Shown here: in pieces, positions 7,611-16,974 of the stretch
Numbering within the stretch: the first letter of the stretch is position 1
Layout: the number at the start of each line of letters is the position of its first letter
Origin: Okeania sp. SIO1I7
GTDB lineage: Bacteria > Cyanobacteriota > Cyanobacteriia > Cyanobacteriales > Microcoleaceae
Reading direction: 5' to 3' (one strand)
Assembly (NCBI RefSeq): GCF_010672585.1
Contig: NZ_JAAHGF010000042.1
DNA: 32,000 nucleotides
Made by a program: the position numbers and the translations under genes
The notes under the pieces: model-generated
The model's input: the letters and a program-made list of their open reading frames with translations, nothing else
What the model was told of the DNA's origin: nothing
The model's database searches: none

Positions 7611-8066
7611 ATGAAAAGAACCATCAAAAATCAATCTACTTCTGCTCATCCATTGGGTAGATTTGTAACTAGAGACGCATTAGCATTTCATTTGGGAATT
7701 AAATCAGATAATATCTACAAAATAAACTGTTGGAAATATGTAATTCATGTTGTAGGGAAAGGTAAAAGTAGGTTTGTAAGTTATGCCGATATGCCACCAA
7801 TTTTGGGGGTAGAACCACCAAAAAAATCAGATTTTACTAAATGGAGAAAGCGAATAAAGGCTAGAAAGCAAAAGTATGTCCCTAAATTTTGGGCACAATT
7901 TTATGTTGATAAAATTCAGAAATCTAATTCAATTTCAATATTACATAATTGGGAAAATTTAGTTAAACAATGCAAGTCATTAATATCATTAGAAGGAGTC
8001 AAAAAAATAGACATTGCTTTGATTCAAGAAAAGTCTAAATTAGAAAAATTAGTTTCTCATAGTTAG
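7611..8066 (+). CDS. Hypothetical lysine-rich protein (no recognised domain)
   Basis: 151-aa ORF with an ATG start and an A-rich upstream region. Divergent from 6745-7149. No motif recognised. Confidence 0.5.
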   Translation: MKRTIKNQSTSAHPLGRFVTRDALAFHLGIKSDNIYKINCWKYVIHVVGKGKSRFVSYADMPPILGVEPPKKSDFTKWRKRIKARKQKYVPKFWAQFYVDKIQKSNSISILHNWENLVKQCKSLISLEGVKKIDIALIQEKSKLEKLVSHS

Positions 8067-8200
8067 TCAAAATAACTACGATTGAATATTGATTACTATC
8101 TCACGATTGTCACGTTTGAGTAAGATATAAATTGTATTTATTTTAGTAATATGACCTAAAAGTAAGATGGCGATCGCACAGATATCAAATTCTATCAAAA

Positions 8201-8263
8201 ATTGTTTTTGTAACGGAGATTTGAGTAAGCCTCCAAAAGCATTTCGTGTTAAAAGCCTAACGG
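8201..8263. repeat. Dispersed repeat family, copy 3 (truncated)
   Basis: ATTGTTTTTGTAACGGAGATTTGAGTAAGCCTCCAAAAGCATTTCGTGTTAAAAGCCTAACGG aligns with 6430-6490. Confidence 0.6.
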
Positions 8264-8330
8264 CAGTTATATCCTACTAGATATGGTATTTCTGTGTAAG
8301 TTCTGTGAGTGCTAATAGACATCTGTTTAA

Positions 8331-8364
8331 TAATGGATAATTGATAATGGATAATTGATAATTA
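8331..8364. repeat. 14-nt tandem repeat (TAATGGATAATTGA x2.4)
   Basis: Direct reading. It underlies the spurious ORF at 8277-8471. Confidence 0.85.
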
Positions 8365-8618
8365 CCTCTCCCTAATAAGGAAGAGAATTGAATAAAAGGA
8401 AAATTTTTTCTTGTTTTTCCTTTAAAGGAGAGAATTTTTACCTTAATTATTCGATAAAAATCAAAAATCAAATCAATTATTTCTCCCTGTTGCCAGATGA
8501 GCTGTTGCCCTTTTCTGGAGATGTCTAATAGTTACCAGTAAGGCAACATTGACTCCCAAGATTGACCAAATTGCTTCACAATAAAAAGTAGATATAGTCA
8601 AGGAATAAGGAGTAGACC

Positions 8619-9059
8619 ATGCGACTACTACACACAATGCTGCGAGTCAACAACCTAGAAGAATCCCTAAAATTCTACTGCGATGTCCTCGGCATGAAAT
8701 TATTACGCCAAAAAGACTATCCAGGTGGTGAATTTACTCTAGCCTTTGTTGGTTATGGCGATGAGTCAGACCACACGGTACTTGAATTAACATATAATTG
8801 GGGCAAAGACCAATACGACTTGGGCGATGCTTATGGCCATATTGCTTTGGGCGTTGATGATATTTATGGCACTTGTGAACAAATAAAAGCACAGGGAGGA
8901 AAAGTGACCAGAGAACCAGGGCCAATGAAACATGGCTCCACAGTTATTGCCTTCATTGAAGACCCAAATGGATATAAAGTAGAACTAATTCAATTAAGCT
9001 CTCGTAGTAGCAATTTAGAAAAAGAAGTTGCAGCTAGCAGTGACGACTCCACGCACTAA
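8619..9059 (+). CDS. gloA: Lactoylglutathione lyase (glyoxalase I)
   Basis: 146 aa. N-terminus is [24 protein letters not shown]. The motifs [28 protein letters not shown] and GYKVELIQ are the classic GloA/VOC signature. Confidence 0.92.
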   Translation: MRLLHTMLRVNNLEESLKFYCDVLGMKLLRQKDYPGGEFTLAFVGYGDESDHTVLELTYNWGKDQYDLGDAYGHIALGVDDIYGTCEQIKAQGGKVTREPGPMKHGSTVIAFIEDPNGYKVELIQLSSRSSNLEKEVAASSDDSTH

Positions 9060-9089
9060 CGGCTATGCCTTTCAGTGTGGGCTTCTTAA

Positions 9090-9325
9090 GAAGTCTCGTC
9101 ATTAGCCTCAGATTTTCGCACTGGCCAGAAAATCTACGTTCATTAGGAATACATAGACACCTTGGGGTGTAGGGTTGGCATCCGTGTTCTAGCTCCAAGC
9201 TCTGTGGTTGCGATTAAACATCGCTGTGGGAGAGGCGAAGTGTCGTAACATCAAAACCCTAAATGAACATTGGCGAAGAACACCACAGCCTTCGGGCTGA
9301 ATCCTTTGAAGTTAAGGATACACAA
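9090..9325 (+). ncRNA. Candidate IscB guide RNA (omegaRNA) in the 271-nt ORF-free gap upstream of iscB
   Basis: Multiple helices readable. 9110-9117/9128-9135 is 8 bp. 9138-9147/9258-9268 is long-range. 9157-9161/9166-9170 and 9210-9214/9220-9224 are local hairpins. 9202-9208/9282-9288 is long-range. 9286-9290/9295-9299 has a TTCG loop. 9301-9306/9314-9319 covers the AAGGA SD. Position and size fit known IscB omegaRNAs. The ends are not determined. Confidence 0.6.
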
Positions 9326-9330
9326 ACATT

Positions 9331-10572
9331 ATGAAAGTTTACGTTATCAACAAACGGGACAGACCTTTAATGCCTACTACGGCCAGAAAAGCTCGACTTC
9401 TACTTAAATTTGGTAAAGCAACCATCCATCGTCGAGAACCTTTCACTATTAAATTAATTTATGGTTCTACGGGCTACACTCAACCAGGCAATTTGGGTAT
9501 TGATGCAGGTTATAAAAGCGTCGGCTTCAGCGCCGTCAACTCCACAGAAGAGTTAATTGGCGGTGAAGTTAAGCTACTTGAGAGAATATCAGAGCGATTG
9601 GCAGAACGTCGTCAATATCGTCGTCAAAGACGAAACAGACTACGCCACCGTCAACCCAGATTCAATAATCGCTGTCGTCTGAGAGGGTGGCTAGCTCCTA
9701 GCATCCAACATAAACTTGATAGCCATCACAAGATTATCAAGCTGGTTAAAGAGATTCTACCTATCAAAAAGGTAACGGTTGAGGTGGCCAGCTTCGATCT
9801 CCAAAAAATCAAGAATCCTGACATCGAAGGCAAAGGTGATCAACAGGGAGAGCAATTAGGGTTTTCTAACTTGCGAGAATACATCCTCCATAGGGACAAC
9901 CATAAATGTCAGAATCCCAACTGCAAAAACAAAGCAAAACAACCAATTTTACAAGTTCATCATCTTGGTTTCTGGAACCAAGACCGAAGTGATAGACCCA
10001 GTAATTTAATTACTCTGTGTTCAAAATGCCACACGCCTGCAAACCATAAACCAGGCAAATTTCTACACGGATGGAAACCAAAACTTAAAAGTTTCAAACC
10101 AGAAACATTTATGACCTTGGTCTGGAGAAAGTTAACAACTGATGTAGGCTACGAAGCAACTTATGGCTACATCACCAAAGATGTACGGAGAGAATATCAA
10201 ATTGAGAAATCCCATCACAATGATGCCTTTGTAATTGCAGGTGGAACAAATCAACGAAGAATCGAACCGATAAAATATCAACAAGTTAGAAGGAATAAGC
10301 GTTCAATAGAGCAATTCTATGATGCCAAATATATTGATTTACGAGATGGAAATATAAACTCAGGTACAGAATTATTTTCTGGACGACGAACTAGAAATAA
10401 GAATGAGAACACTGAAAACTTAAGAAAGTATCGAGGTCAGAAAGTAAAACAAGGTCAAAGAAGAATTAAAGTACATCGCTACCCGTACAGTCAACATGAC
10501 TTAGTTCTTTATGAAGGTAAGGTGTTTTCTGTGATTGGAATGCAGAACAAAGGCAAAGGAGCTGATTGCTAG
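9331..10572 (+). CDS. iscB: IscB-type RNA-guided endonuclease (PLMP domain + split RuvC + HNH), IS200/IS605-associated
   Basis: 413 aa. RPLMP lies at aa 11-15 and RuvC-I LGIDAG at D58. The Arg-rich bridge helix is RRQYRRQRRNRLRHRQPRFNNR (aa 93-114). RuvC-II is VTVEVASFD. HNH is CQNPNC...VHHLGFW...NLITLCSKCH (aa 193-234). RuvC-III is SHHNDAFVIA. The C-terminus may be shortened. Confidence 0.9.
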   Translation: MKVYVINKRDRPLMPTTARKARLLLKFGKATIHRREPFTIKLIYGSTGYTQPGNLGIDAGYKSVGFSAVNSTEELIGGEVKLLERISERLAERRQYRRQRRNRLRHRQPRFNNRCRLRGWLAPSIQHKLDSHHKIIKLVKEILPIKKVTVEVASFDLQKIKNPDIEGKGDQQGEQLGFSNLREYILHRDNHKCQNPNCKNKAKQPILQVHHLGFWNQDRSDRPSNLITLCSKCHTPANHKPGKFLHGWKPKLKSFKPETFMTLVWRKLTTDVGYEATYGYITKDVRREYQIEKSHHNDAFVIAGGTNQRRIEPIKYQQVRRNKRSIEQFYDAKYIDLRDGNINSGTELFSGRRTRNKNENTENLRKYRGQKVKQGQRRIKVHRYPYSQHDLVLYEGKVFSVIGMQNKGKGADC

Positions 10573-10674
10573 TATCAATATCTATGGCAATTTCCGGCAA
10601 TAACTGACACATCTGATAGGGATTTTTTTGACAAGGCCAAAAAATAGTTGACAATGTGCTTGGAGGTGATTTGA

Positions 10675-11910
10675 TTGTACGCCAAAAAATTTGAATTAAA
10701 ACTCAGTAACCAGGAGCGCTCAAAAATGGCTCAATGCGCTGGTTATGCTCGTTTCGTTTACAATTATGGCCTCAGTATGGTTAATGGAACTTCTGCCATG
10801 ACCAAAGTTAACAAACGTGGTCAGAAAGTTAGCTTGAGTTACACATTACGAATTTTAGAAGCTAAAAAAGTCTTTACTAACTATGTAAAGAAGCAACCAG
10901 AATATGCCTGGACAAATAATTATTCGTCTCGCATTTATCAAAGTGCTTTTCAACATCTAGGTGAAGCATTTAAACGGTATAAAGAAGGAATTAGTAAATA
11001 TCCTAAATTGAAAAAGAAAAAAGACCGCCAATCTTTTACTGTTTATGACAGTAATGGAAAAGTTACAATTAGCTCTGGTAAAAAAATTAAAATACCAACA
11101 TTAGGGACTTTTCGATTATGGGAATCAATTCCTTGCACCACAGCAAGTCAGACTTTTACTATTAGCAGAACAGGGGAAAAATGGTTTGTTAGTTTTAGTA
11201 TTGAAGCTGAGAATTTGCCAGTTAATCCACTATTAGATGGACGTGTTCAAGAAACTTTTGGTATAGATGTTGGGGTCAAACAATTTGCCAGTATAGCAAA
11301 CCAAAAAAAGGCGGACTCCGAAGTTTTCAGTCTCCCAGACTCTATTAAACTAGAGCAATTAAAAATTGCTAAGTTTCAATGGCGTAATCGGAAGAAACAA
11401 CTAGGAGGTAAAGGTAAACCACCTTCAAAAAATGCTATTAAATATTACAAAAAACTCGCGAAGTACCATGACCGTGTGAAGAACGTGCGCAGGGATTTCA
11501 TAGAGAAAACTACTACAAAATTAGTGGGTAAAGTTAAGCACGTCTGCTTAGAGAGTTTAAATGTGAAAGGGATGATACAAAATGGTAAATTGGCAGCATC
11601 AATAGCAAGGCTTGGATTTTATGAATTTAGAGAACGATTGACAACCAAAATCGTAAGCTCTGGTGGGACAGTAGTGCTAGCTGACCAGTGGTTTCCATCA
11701 TCCAAAACTTGTCATAATTGTGGTTGTATTAACCAAGAATTAAAGCTAAAAGACCGTACTTTTAACTGCCCTCATTGTGGAATGAGAATAGACCGGGACC
11801 TGAATGCAGCACTGGTGCTATCTCAGTATGGAGAAATTAATCAAAAAAATAGGGTAGGCTGTACCCGAATTTACGCTTGTGAACTGGACGAGGGCGGCCT
11901 CCCAGGTTGA
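10675..11910 (+). CDS. tnpB: IS200/IS605-family RNA-guided endonuclease TnpB
   Basis: 411 aa. TTG start with GGAGG 8 nt upstream. N-terminus is KFELKLSNQ....CAGYARFVYNYGL. RuvC-I is FGIDVGVKQ and RuvC-II is LESLNVKGM. Zinc finger is CHNCGC...CPHCG, and RuvC-III is DRDLNAALVL. Confidence 0.9.
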   Translation: MYAKKFELKLSNQERSKMAQCAGYARFVYNYGLSMVNGTSAMTKVNKRGQKVSLSYTLRILEAKKVFTNYVKKQPEYAWTNNYSSRIYQSAFQHLGEAFKRYKEGISKYPKLKKKKDRQSFTVYDSNGKVTISSGKKIKIPTLGTFRLWESIPCTTASQTFTISRTGEKWFVSFSIEAENLPVNPLLDGRVQETFGIDVGVKQFASIANQKKADSEVFSLPDSIKLEQLKIAKFQWRNRKKQLGGKGKPPSKNAIKYYKKLAKYHDRVKNVRRDFIEKTTTKLVGKVKHVCLESLNVKGMIQNGKLAASIARLGFYEFRERLTTKIVSSGGTVVLADQWFPSSKTCHNCGCINQELKLKDRTFNCPHCGMRIDRDLNAALVLSQYGEINQKNRVGCTRIYACELDEGGLPG

Positions 11911-11926
11911 AGCAAGAAGCAAACAT
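11760..11926 (+). ncRNA. Predicted omegaRNA scaffold of the second TnpB (3' end of gene to right end)
   Basis: Positional analogy only. Both boundaries are uncertain. Confidence 0.3.
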
Positions 11927-11971
11927 CACCCACCCCCATCCCCTCCTGGGAGGGGAGCTAGAGGGGTGGGT
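11927..11971. repeat. GC-rich palindromic repeat (ACCCACCCCCATCCCCTCCTGGGAGGGGAGCTAGAGGGGTGGGT)
   Basis: The arms ACCCACCCC/GGGGTGGGT and CCCCTCC/GGAGGGG pair. Same family as 5721-5775. Confidence 0.8.
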
Positions 11972-12249
11972 CAGGTTTTACCGAGTTTTGCCGGAATTGT
12001 ATAGGTATTGTACAGCAGTAGCAAATAAGGTTGTCAAACCGAAAGCGGTCAAATCAATCAGAAGAAACGGAGGTTTAAGTCGTGTTGTTTAGTAATCAAG
12101 ACCCCATCGGCGATTCATCCACATAGACTCCTGACTTCTGAGTTATGACTCCAGCAGCCAAAAGCACAGCAAAGATACCATATTCTATATAAATAGTTTT
12201 ATTTAACCACCAGAAAAAATTTCAAAGGAAAAAATTTAAAATAGTCCAA

Positions 12250-14967
12250 ATGCAGCCAACCGACCCAAGCAAATTTACAGAACAAGCCTGGGATGCTATA
12301 GTCAAATCCCAGGACGTTGCCCGACGTTACCAAAACCAACAACTAGAAGTAGAACACCTAATCATTGCTCTTTTAGAACAACAGGGGACAGCTAACAAAA
12401 TTTTAAACCGCGTTGGTATAGAACCAGAAAATCTCCTCCAACAAATAGACTCTTTCGCCAAACGCCAACCCAAAGTTGGTAGTATTGAACATCTCTATCT
12501 AGGACGTAGTCTGGAAATTTTTCTAGACCTAGCTGATGAAGCAAGAGAACAATGGGAAGACAAATTTATTGCTGTCGAACACCTCCTACTAGCTTTTTAC
12601 CAAGACAAACGCCTTGGTAATAAACTCCTCGGTGGAGGTACTCCCCAACTACCAACTCGTCCTGGTTTTGAGCGCCCCCAAACCTCACCCAAAGTTGAAT
12701 TTGAACAACTAGAAGCAGCAATTAAAGCAGTTCGTGGTAGTACCAAAGTCGAAGACCAAAACCCAGAAGCTAGTTATGATGCTTTGGCAAAATATGGGCG
12801 CGACCTGACAGAGTTAGCTAAAGCAGGCAAACTTGACCCTGTTATTGGTAGAGATGAAGAAATTCGGCGCGTGGTTAGTTGTTTATCCCGTCGGACAAAA
12901 AATAATCCTGTACTTATTGGAGAACCAGGAGTTGGAAAAACAGCGATCGCTGAAGGTTTAGCTCAACGCATTGTTAATGGTGATGTACCAGAGTCTCTCA
13001 AAGAACGACAACTCATTGGTCTTGATATGGGAAGTCTCATCGCAGGGGCAAAATTTAGAGGGGAATTTGAAGAAAGGCTCAGATCGGTTTTGCGAGAAGT
13101 AACCAACTCTGATGGTCAAATTGTTCTATTTATCGACGAACTACATACTGTTGTTGGAGCAGGTTCTAGTGGCGGTACGGGTTCGGGTGTAGATGCAGGT
13201 AACCTCCTCAAACCAATGCTTGCTCGTGGAGAATTGCGTTGTATTGGTGCGACAACTATTGATGAATATCGTAAACATATAGAAAAAGATGCTGCTCTGG
13301 AACGTCGGTTTCAAAAGGTAGAGGTTGGTCAACCAAGTGTGGAGGATACTATTTCTATTTTACGGGGGTTAAAAGACCGTTACGAAACTCACCACGGTGT
13401 AAAAATTACTGATGCTGCTTTGGTAGCTGCTGCAACTCTTTCTAACCGTTATATTTCGGACCGCTTTTTGCCAGATAAGGCAATCGACTTGGTAGATGAA
13501 GCTGCTGCTCAACTAAAAATGGAAATTACTTCTAAACCTGAGGAACTAGAAGCTATTGACAGACGTATTATGCAGTTGGAAATGGAGAAACTTTCCATCG
13601 AGGGAGAGTTGCAAAGCAGCAAAAAAGATCAAAATTCTGAACCTACCCCACCTGCAAAAGTTTCTCCAGCATTGCAACGCATTACAAATGAAATTAATGT
13701 CTTGAAGCAAAAGCAGGAAAAATTTTCTTCTAAATGGTCGGGGGAAAAAGAATTGTTAAATACAATTAATTCTCTCAAAGCAGAAGAGGATAAATTAAAA
13801 GTACAAATAGAACAAGCAGAACGAGCTTATGACCTGAATACCGCAGCTCAATTAAAATATGGCCAACTCGAAACAGTACATCGCGATCGCGAAGCTAAGG
13901 AGGCAGAATTATTAAAAGTTCAAGCTCAAGGTTCGTCTCTTCTTCGGGAACAAGTTACGGATGCTGATATTGCCACTATCGTAGCTAAGTGGACTGGTAT
14001 TCCAGTAAATCGTTTATTGGAGTCGGAACGCCAGAAGTTACTACAGTTGGAAAAACATCTACATCAACGGGTTATTGGGCAGTCGGAAGCGGTGGAAGCT
14101 GTGGCGGCAGCTATTAGACGTGCTAGAGCAGGGATGAAAGACCCAGGGCGACCTATTGGTTCATTTATGTTTCTCGGTCCGACTGGAGTCGGTAAAACAG
14201 AATTGGCGCGAGCTTTGGCACAGTTTTTGTTTGACCGAGATGATGCTTTAGTCCGCATTGATATGTCTGAATATATGGAAAAACACGCCGTTTCTCGGTT
14301 AGTGGGTGCCCCTCCGGGATATGTGGGTTACGATCAAGGGGGTCAATTATCGGAGGCAGTAAGGCGACATCCTTATTCTGTGATTTTGTTTGATGAAGTC
14401 GAGAAAGCACATCCAGATGTATTTAATGTATTACTGCAAGTATTAGATGATGGTAGGATTACTGATTCTCAAGGAAGACTGGTTGATTTTAGTAATACTG
14501 TAATTGTAATGACAAGTAATATTGGCAGTGAGTATATTTTGGATGTAGCGGGAGATGATTCTAAGTATGAGGAGATGTATAAGCGAGTGATAGGAGGATT
14601 GAGAAAACATTTCCGCCCAGAATTTTTAAATAGGGTAGATGAGATTATATTGTTCCACACTTTAAGGAAGAGTGAATTACGTCAAATTGTGGAAATTCAA
14701 GTGAAGAGAATTGAGAGATTATTAGGGGAACAAAAGATTAGTTTGAAGTTAACTGCTGCAACATTAGACCACATTGCTGAAGTTGGATATGACCCGGTTT
14801 ATGGAGCGCGACCTTTGAAACGAGCAATTCAAAAAGAATTAGAAAATCCTCTGGCAAATTTGATTTTAGAGAATAAATTTGTTGGTGGGGATATTGTGGT
14901 AATTGATTGTGTAGATGGTGGTTTAGTGTTTGGGAAAAAAGAGGAATTGGAATTGGTGAAAAGTTAA
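12250..14967 (+). CDS. clpB: ATP-dependent chaperone ClpB (Hsp100 disaggregase)
   Basis: 905 aa. Clp N-domain present. NBD1 Walker A is GEPGVGKT. A coiled-coil M-domain follows. NBD2 Walker A is GPTGVGKT with Walker [11 protein letters not shown]. The [10 protein letters not shown] sensor motif is present. Confidence 0.95.
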   Translation: MQPTDPSKFTEQAWDAIVKSQDVARRYQNQQLEVEHLIIALLEQQGTANKILNRVGIEPENLLQQIDSFAKRQPKVGSIEHLYLGRSLEIFLDLADEAREQWEDKFIAVEHLLLAFYQDKRLGNKLLGGGTPQLPTRPGFERPQTSPKVEFEQLEAAIKAVRGSTKVEDQNPEASYDALAKYGRDLTELAKAGKLDPVIGRDEEIRRVVSCLSRRTKNNPVLIGEPGVGKTAIAEGLAQRIVNGDVPESLKERQLIGLDMGSLIAGAKFRGEFEERLRSVLREVTNSDGQIVLFIDELHTVVGAGSSGGTGSGVDAGNLLKPMLARGELRCIGATTIDEYRKHIEKDAALERRFQKVEVGQPSVEDTISILRGLKDRYETHHGVKITDAALVAAATLSNRYISDRFLPDKAIDLVDEAAAQLKMEITSKPEELEAIDRRIMQLEMEKLSIEGELQSSKKDQNSEPTPPAKVSPALQRITNEINVLKQKQEKFSSKWSGEKELLNTINSLKAEEDKLKVQIEQAERAYDLNTAAQLKYGQLETVHRDREAKEAELLKVQAQGSSLLREQVTDADIATIVAKWTGIPVNRLLESERQKLLQLEKHLHQRVIGQSEAVEAVAAAIRRARAGMKDPGRPIGSFMFLGPTGVGKTELARALAQFLFDRDDALVRIDMSEYMEKHAVSRLVGAPPGYVGYDQGGQLSEAVRRHPYSVILFDEVEKAHPDVFNVLLQVLDDGRITDSQGRLVDFSNTVIVMTSNIGSEYILDVAGDDSKYEEMYKRVIGGLRKHFRPEFLNRVDEIILFHTLRKSELRQIVEIQVKRIERLLGEQKISLKLTAATLDHIAEVGYDPVYGARPLKRAIQKELENPLANLILENKFVGGDIVVIDCVDGGLVFGKKEELELVKS

Positions 14968-14979
14968 TTTGATAAGAGT

Positions 14980-14996
14980 GCGAGCTTCTAGCTCGC
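14980..14996 (+). terminator. Hairpin just after clpB (GCGAGC-TTCTA-GCTCGC)
   Basis: 6-bp perfect stem 13 nt after the stop. No T-run follows, so terminator function is uncertain. Confidence 0.3.
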
Positions 14997-15057
14997 CAGT
15001 ATAATTGAATGATAAATTTTAGATATTTATTGGTAGTGATAATGTACCACCTATTTA

Positions 15058-15701
15058 ACTTACCCGGCGGGAAGTACCGCGCTCTCCCGTAGGGGAGCGT
15101 CGTATGGGAGAGCCGGGCTAGGGTGTGCGGTTTTCCTATAGTCCTGTTTGCTATAGCTATTGACAATTTATTAACACAGCCATTATAACAACTATTTGAG
15201 AAATACAGGTAGATTCTGCCATCCTACTGAAATATAAGGTCCTTGCTCAAGCCACATAAAAATCAAGCGGTGATTATATCTAACTGGTTGTCCATGGCAA
15301 GGAAGCAATATAATTACCGTTTAGCTGAAAGGTTAAACTGGTTTGAAGCCACGCGCACACCAGTACAGCATTGTCCTTTGAATGTTTCAGTAGTGCCAGT
15401 AGAAAGAATTTATCAGAATATCCCTGAGTTTCTCGTACAAACACGAGATGGCAGAAAAAAATACAGTAATGGTAATCCAATAACCAAGAAAGGGGATAAG
15501 CATCCGATCAGAGCGCTGGCATTCTTGCCCTAAATGCGGACAAGAACTAGATAGGGATTATAACTCAGCCCTTCTGATACAAAAAATCGGATTATTATCA
15601 ACACAGGGGGAGGACATCACCTCACATAAAACAGCGGTCAGGGTTTCCCCGGCTGAAGAATCCTGCGTTGTCCCGTAAGGACAGCGTCGGGAGTATGTCA
15701 A
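15058..15701 (+). mobile_element. Internally deleted (~640 bp) IS200/IS605 mini-element retaining both ends
   Basis: The left-end motif CCGCGCTCTCCCGTAGGGGAGCGTCGTATGGGA matches the rc of 4625-4660. The right end GAATCCTGCGTTGTCCCGTAAGGACAGCGTCGGGAGTATGTCAA ends at 15701 and matches the right end at 2940-2990. Confidence 0.75.
15243..15678 (+). pseudogene. tnpB: tnpB pseudogene (N-terminal ~90 codons fused out of frame to the C-terminal zinc-finger/RuvC-III part)
   Basis: The N-terminal part is LKPHKNQAVIISNWLSMARKQYNYRLAERL.... After about 15510 a different frame reads RWHSCPKCGQELDRDYNSALLI. No ATG, and the RuvC-I/II core is missing. Confidence 0.8.
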
Positions 15702-15869
15702 TGGAACACTCCTAGGTGGAATGATAGCAATGAGGGCTCAGGTATTTACAAGGCCTAGCTCAAAGTTCATTCTAGAAAAGGTGTACAAAAAATAATATGT
15801 AAATATGCCAGGGCAAATTGCTATAAAATAAAGTTATTAAAAAAACAGAGTTCAAAGAAATCGAAAGTC

Positions 15870-16820
15870 ATGAAAATTATATTAATCATCATCTACTTTG
15901 GAGAATGGCCAGTCTGGTTTCCAGCTTTCTTGCAGTCCTGCAAGTATAATCCAGATGTCGATTGGTTATTTTTCACTGATTGTCCAATTCCTGAAACTCA
16001 GATTAATAATGTTAACTTTATTCCCTTTACGATTAAAGAATTTAATGAATTAGCATCCCATAAACTTGATTTTCCAATCTCTTTATCGGCTCCTTATAAG
16101 GTTTGTGATTTCAGACCTTGTTATGGTCTTGTGTTTGAAGAATATCTTGCTAATTACGATTTCTGGGGACATTGCGACCTTGATATTATCTGGGGACAAA
16201 TCAGAACATTTATCACAGACAACATTTTGTTGAATTACGATATTATCTCTGCCAGAAAACATAACTTGTGCGGTCATTTTACCTTATATCGGAATACATC
16301 ATTCACCAATACTTTGTTTAGAGAAAAGCCAAATTACCAAGCTATGTTACAGTCAGAACAATCCTTTGCGTTTGATGAAACTCAAATGAAACCTGTGGTT
16401 CAGCGTTTAGAACAACAAAAGCGTCTCAAGGTTTATTGGCCTAAATTTTTACTTAACTTTGCTCATCAAATCAGTGAAGCTCCTTCTTTCTTAGGAGAAT
16501 TTAAAGATAGATGGTATTGGGAACGGGGTAAATTGTATGAAAGAGGAGAAAGGAACAATCGTCAGGATGAAATTATGTATCTTCATTTTATGACGTGGAA
16601 GAAAACCCTGAATAAATGCTCTTTTGATGAGTCTAATCCTTCTGAAGCTTTTTATATTTCTTATTTTCAAATTAGTAACACTCAATTCACTATGGAACCA
16701 ATATGGGTTAGATTAAACTATTTTTTAAACTATTTTTTAAAGAAGTTCATTAAAGTTGCTCTGTCAAAAAAAACAATAATCCGCAAAATAATCCCCAGAA
16801 AGGGTATAAGAAAACTGTAA
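15870..16820 (+). CDS. DUF6625-like protein (putative polysaccharide-associated glycosyltransferase-like protein)
   Basis: 316 aa. The N-terminal YFGEWPVWFPAFLQSCKYNPDVDWLFFTDC and YDFWGHCDLDIIWG motifs are recalled from DUF6625-family proteins. The assignment rests on memory of the family only. Confidence 0.6.
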   Translation: MKIILIIIYFGEWPVWFPAFLQSCKYNPDVDWLFFTDCPIPETQINNVNFIPFTIKEFNELASHKLDFPISLSAPYKVCDFRPCYGLVFEEYLANYDFWGHCDLDIIWGQIRTFITDNILLNYDIISARKHNLCGHFTLYRNTSFTNTLFREKPNYQAMLQSEQSFAFDETQMKPVVQRLEQQKRLKVYWPKFLLNFAHQISEAPSFLGEFKDRWYWERGKLYERGERNNRQDEIMYLHFMTWKKTLNKCSFDESNPSEAFYISYFQISNTQFTMEPIWVRLNYFLNYFLKKFIKVALSKKTIIRKIIPRKGIRKL

Positions 16821-16974
16821 TTTGACTTGCTCTGTTTGATTTTGTACCGGTCTAAATTATCAACTAAATGATAGTTTAATGGCTCATAAAAAGTGGCATT
16901 GTTTGCGAGAGATGACAAATAAAGAGTATAGAAAGGTAGAACTCGTTTGATACCTAGCAGTAATTAAAGATATT

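Larger units (their letters stand above)
10604..11926 (+). mobile_element. Second tnpB-only IS200/IS605-family element abutting or nested at the iscB 3' end
   Basis: tnpB starts about 100 nt after the iscB stop. Boundaries are estimated only: the left end lies somewhere in 10604-10674, and the right end lies before the palindromic repeat that starts at 11927. Confidence 0.4.

Noticed and set aside
8277-8471. 64-aa minus-strand ORF
   Set aside because: It spans the 14-nt tandem repeat in AT-rich DNA, with no start context.
11999-12013. NtcA-like site GTA-N-TAC upstream of clpB
   Set aside because: The spacer is 9 nt, not the canonical 8, and no suitably placed -10 box was evident.
11907-12092. 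61-aa ORF after the second tnpB
   Set aside because: It reads through the GC-rich palindromic repeat and IS flank. No start context and no motif.
14738-15166. 142-aa minus-strand ORF overlapping the clpB 3' end
   Set aside because: It is an antisense shadow of clpB running into the IS left end, with no coding features.
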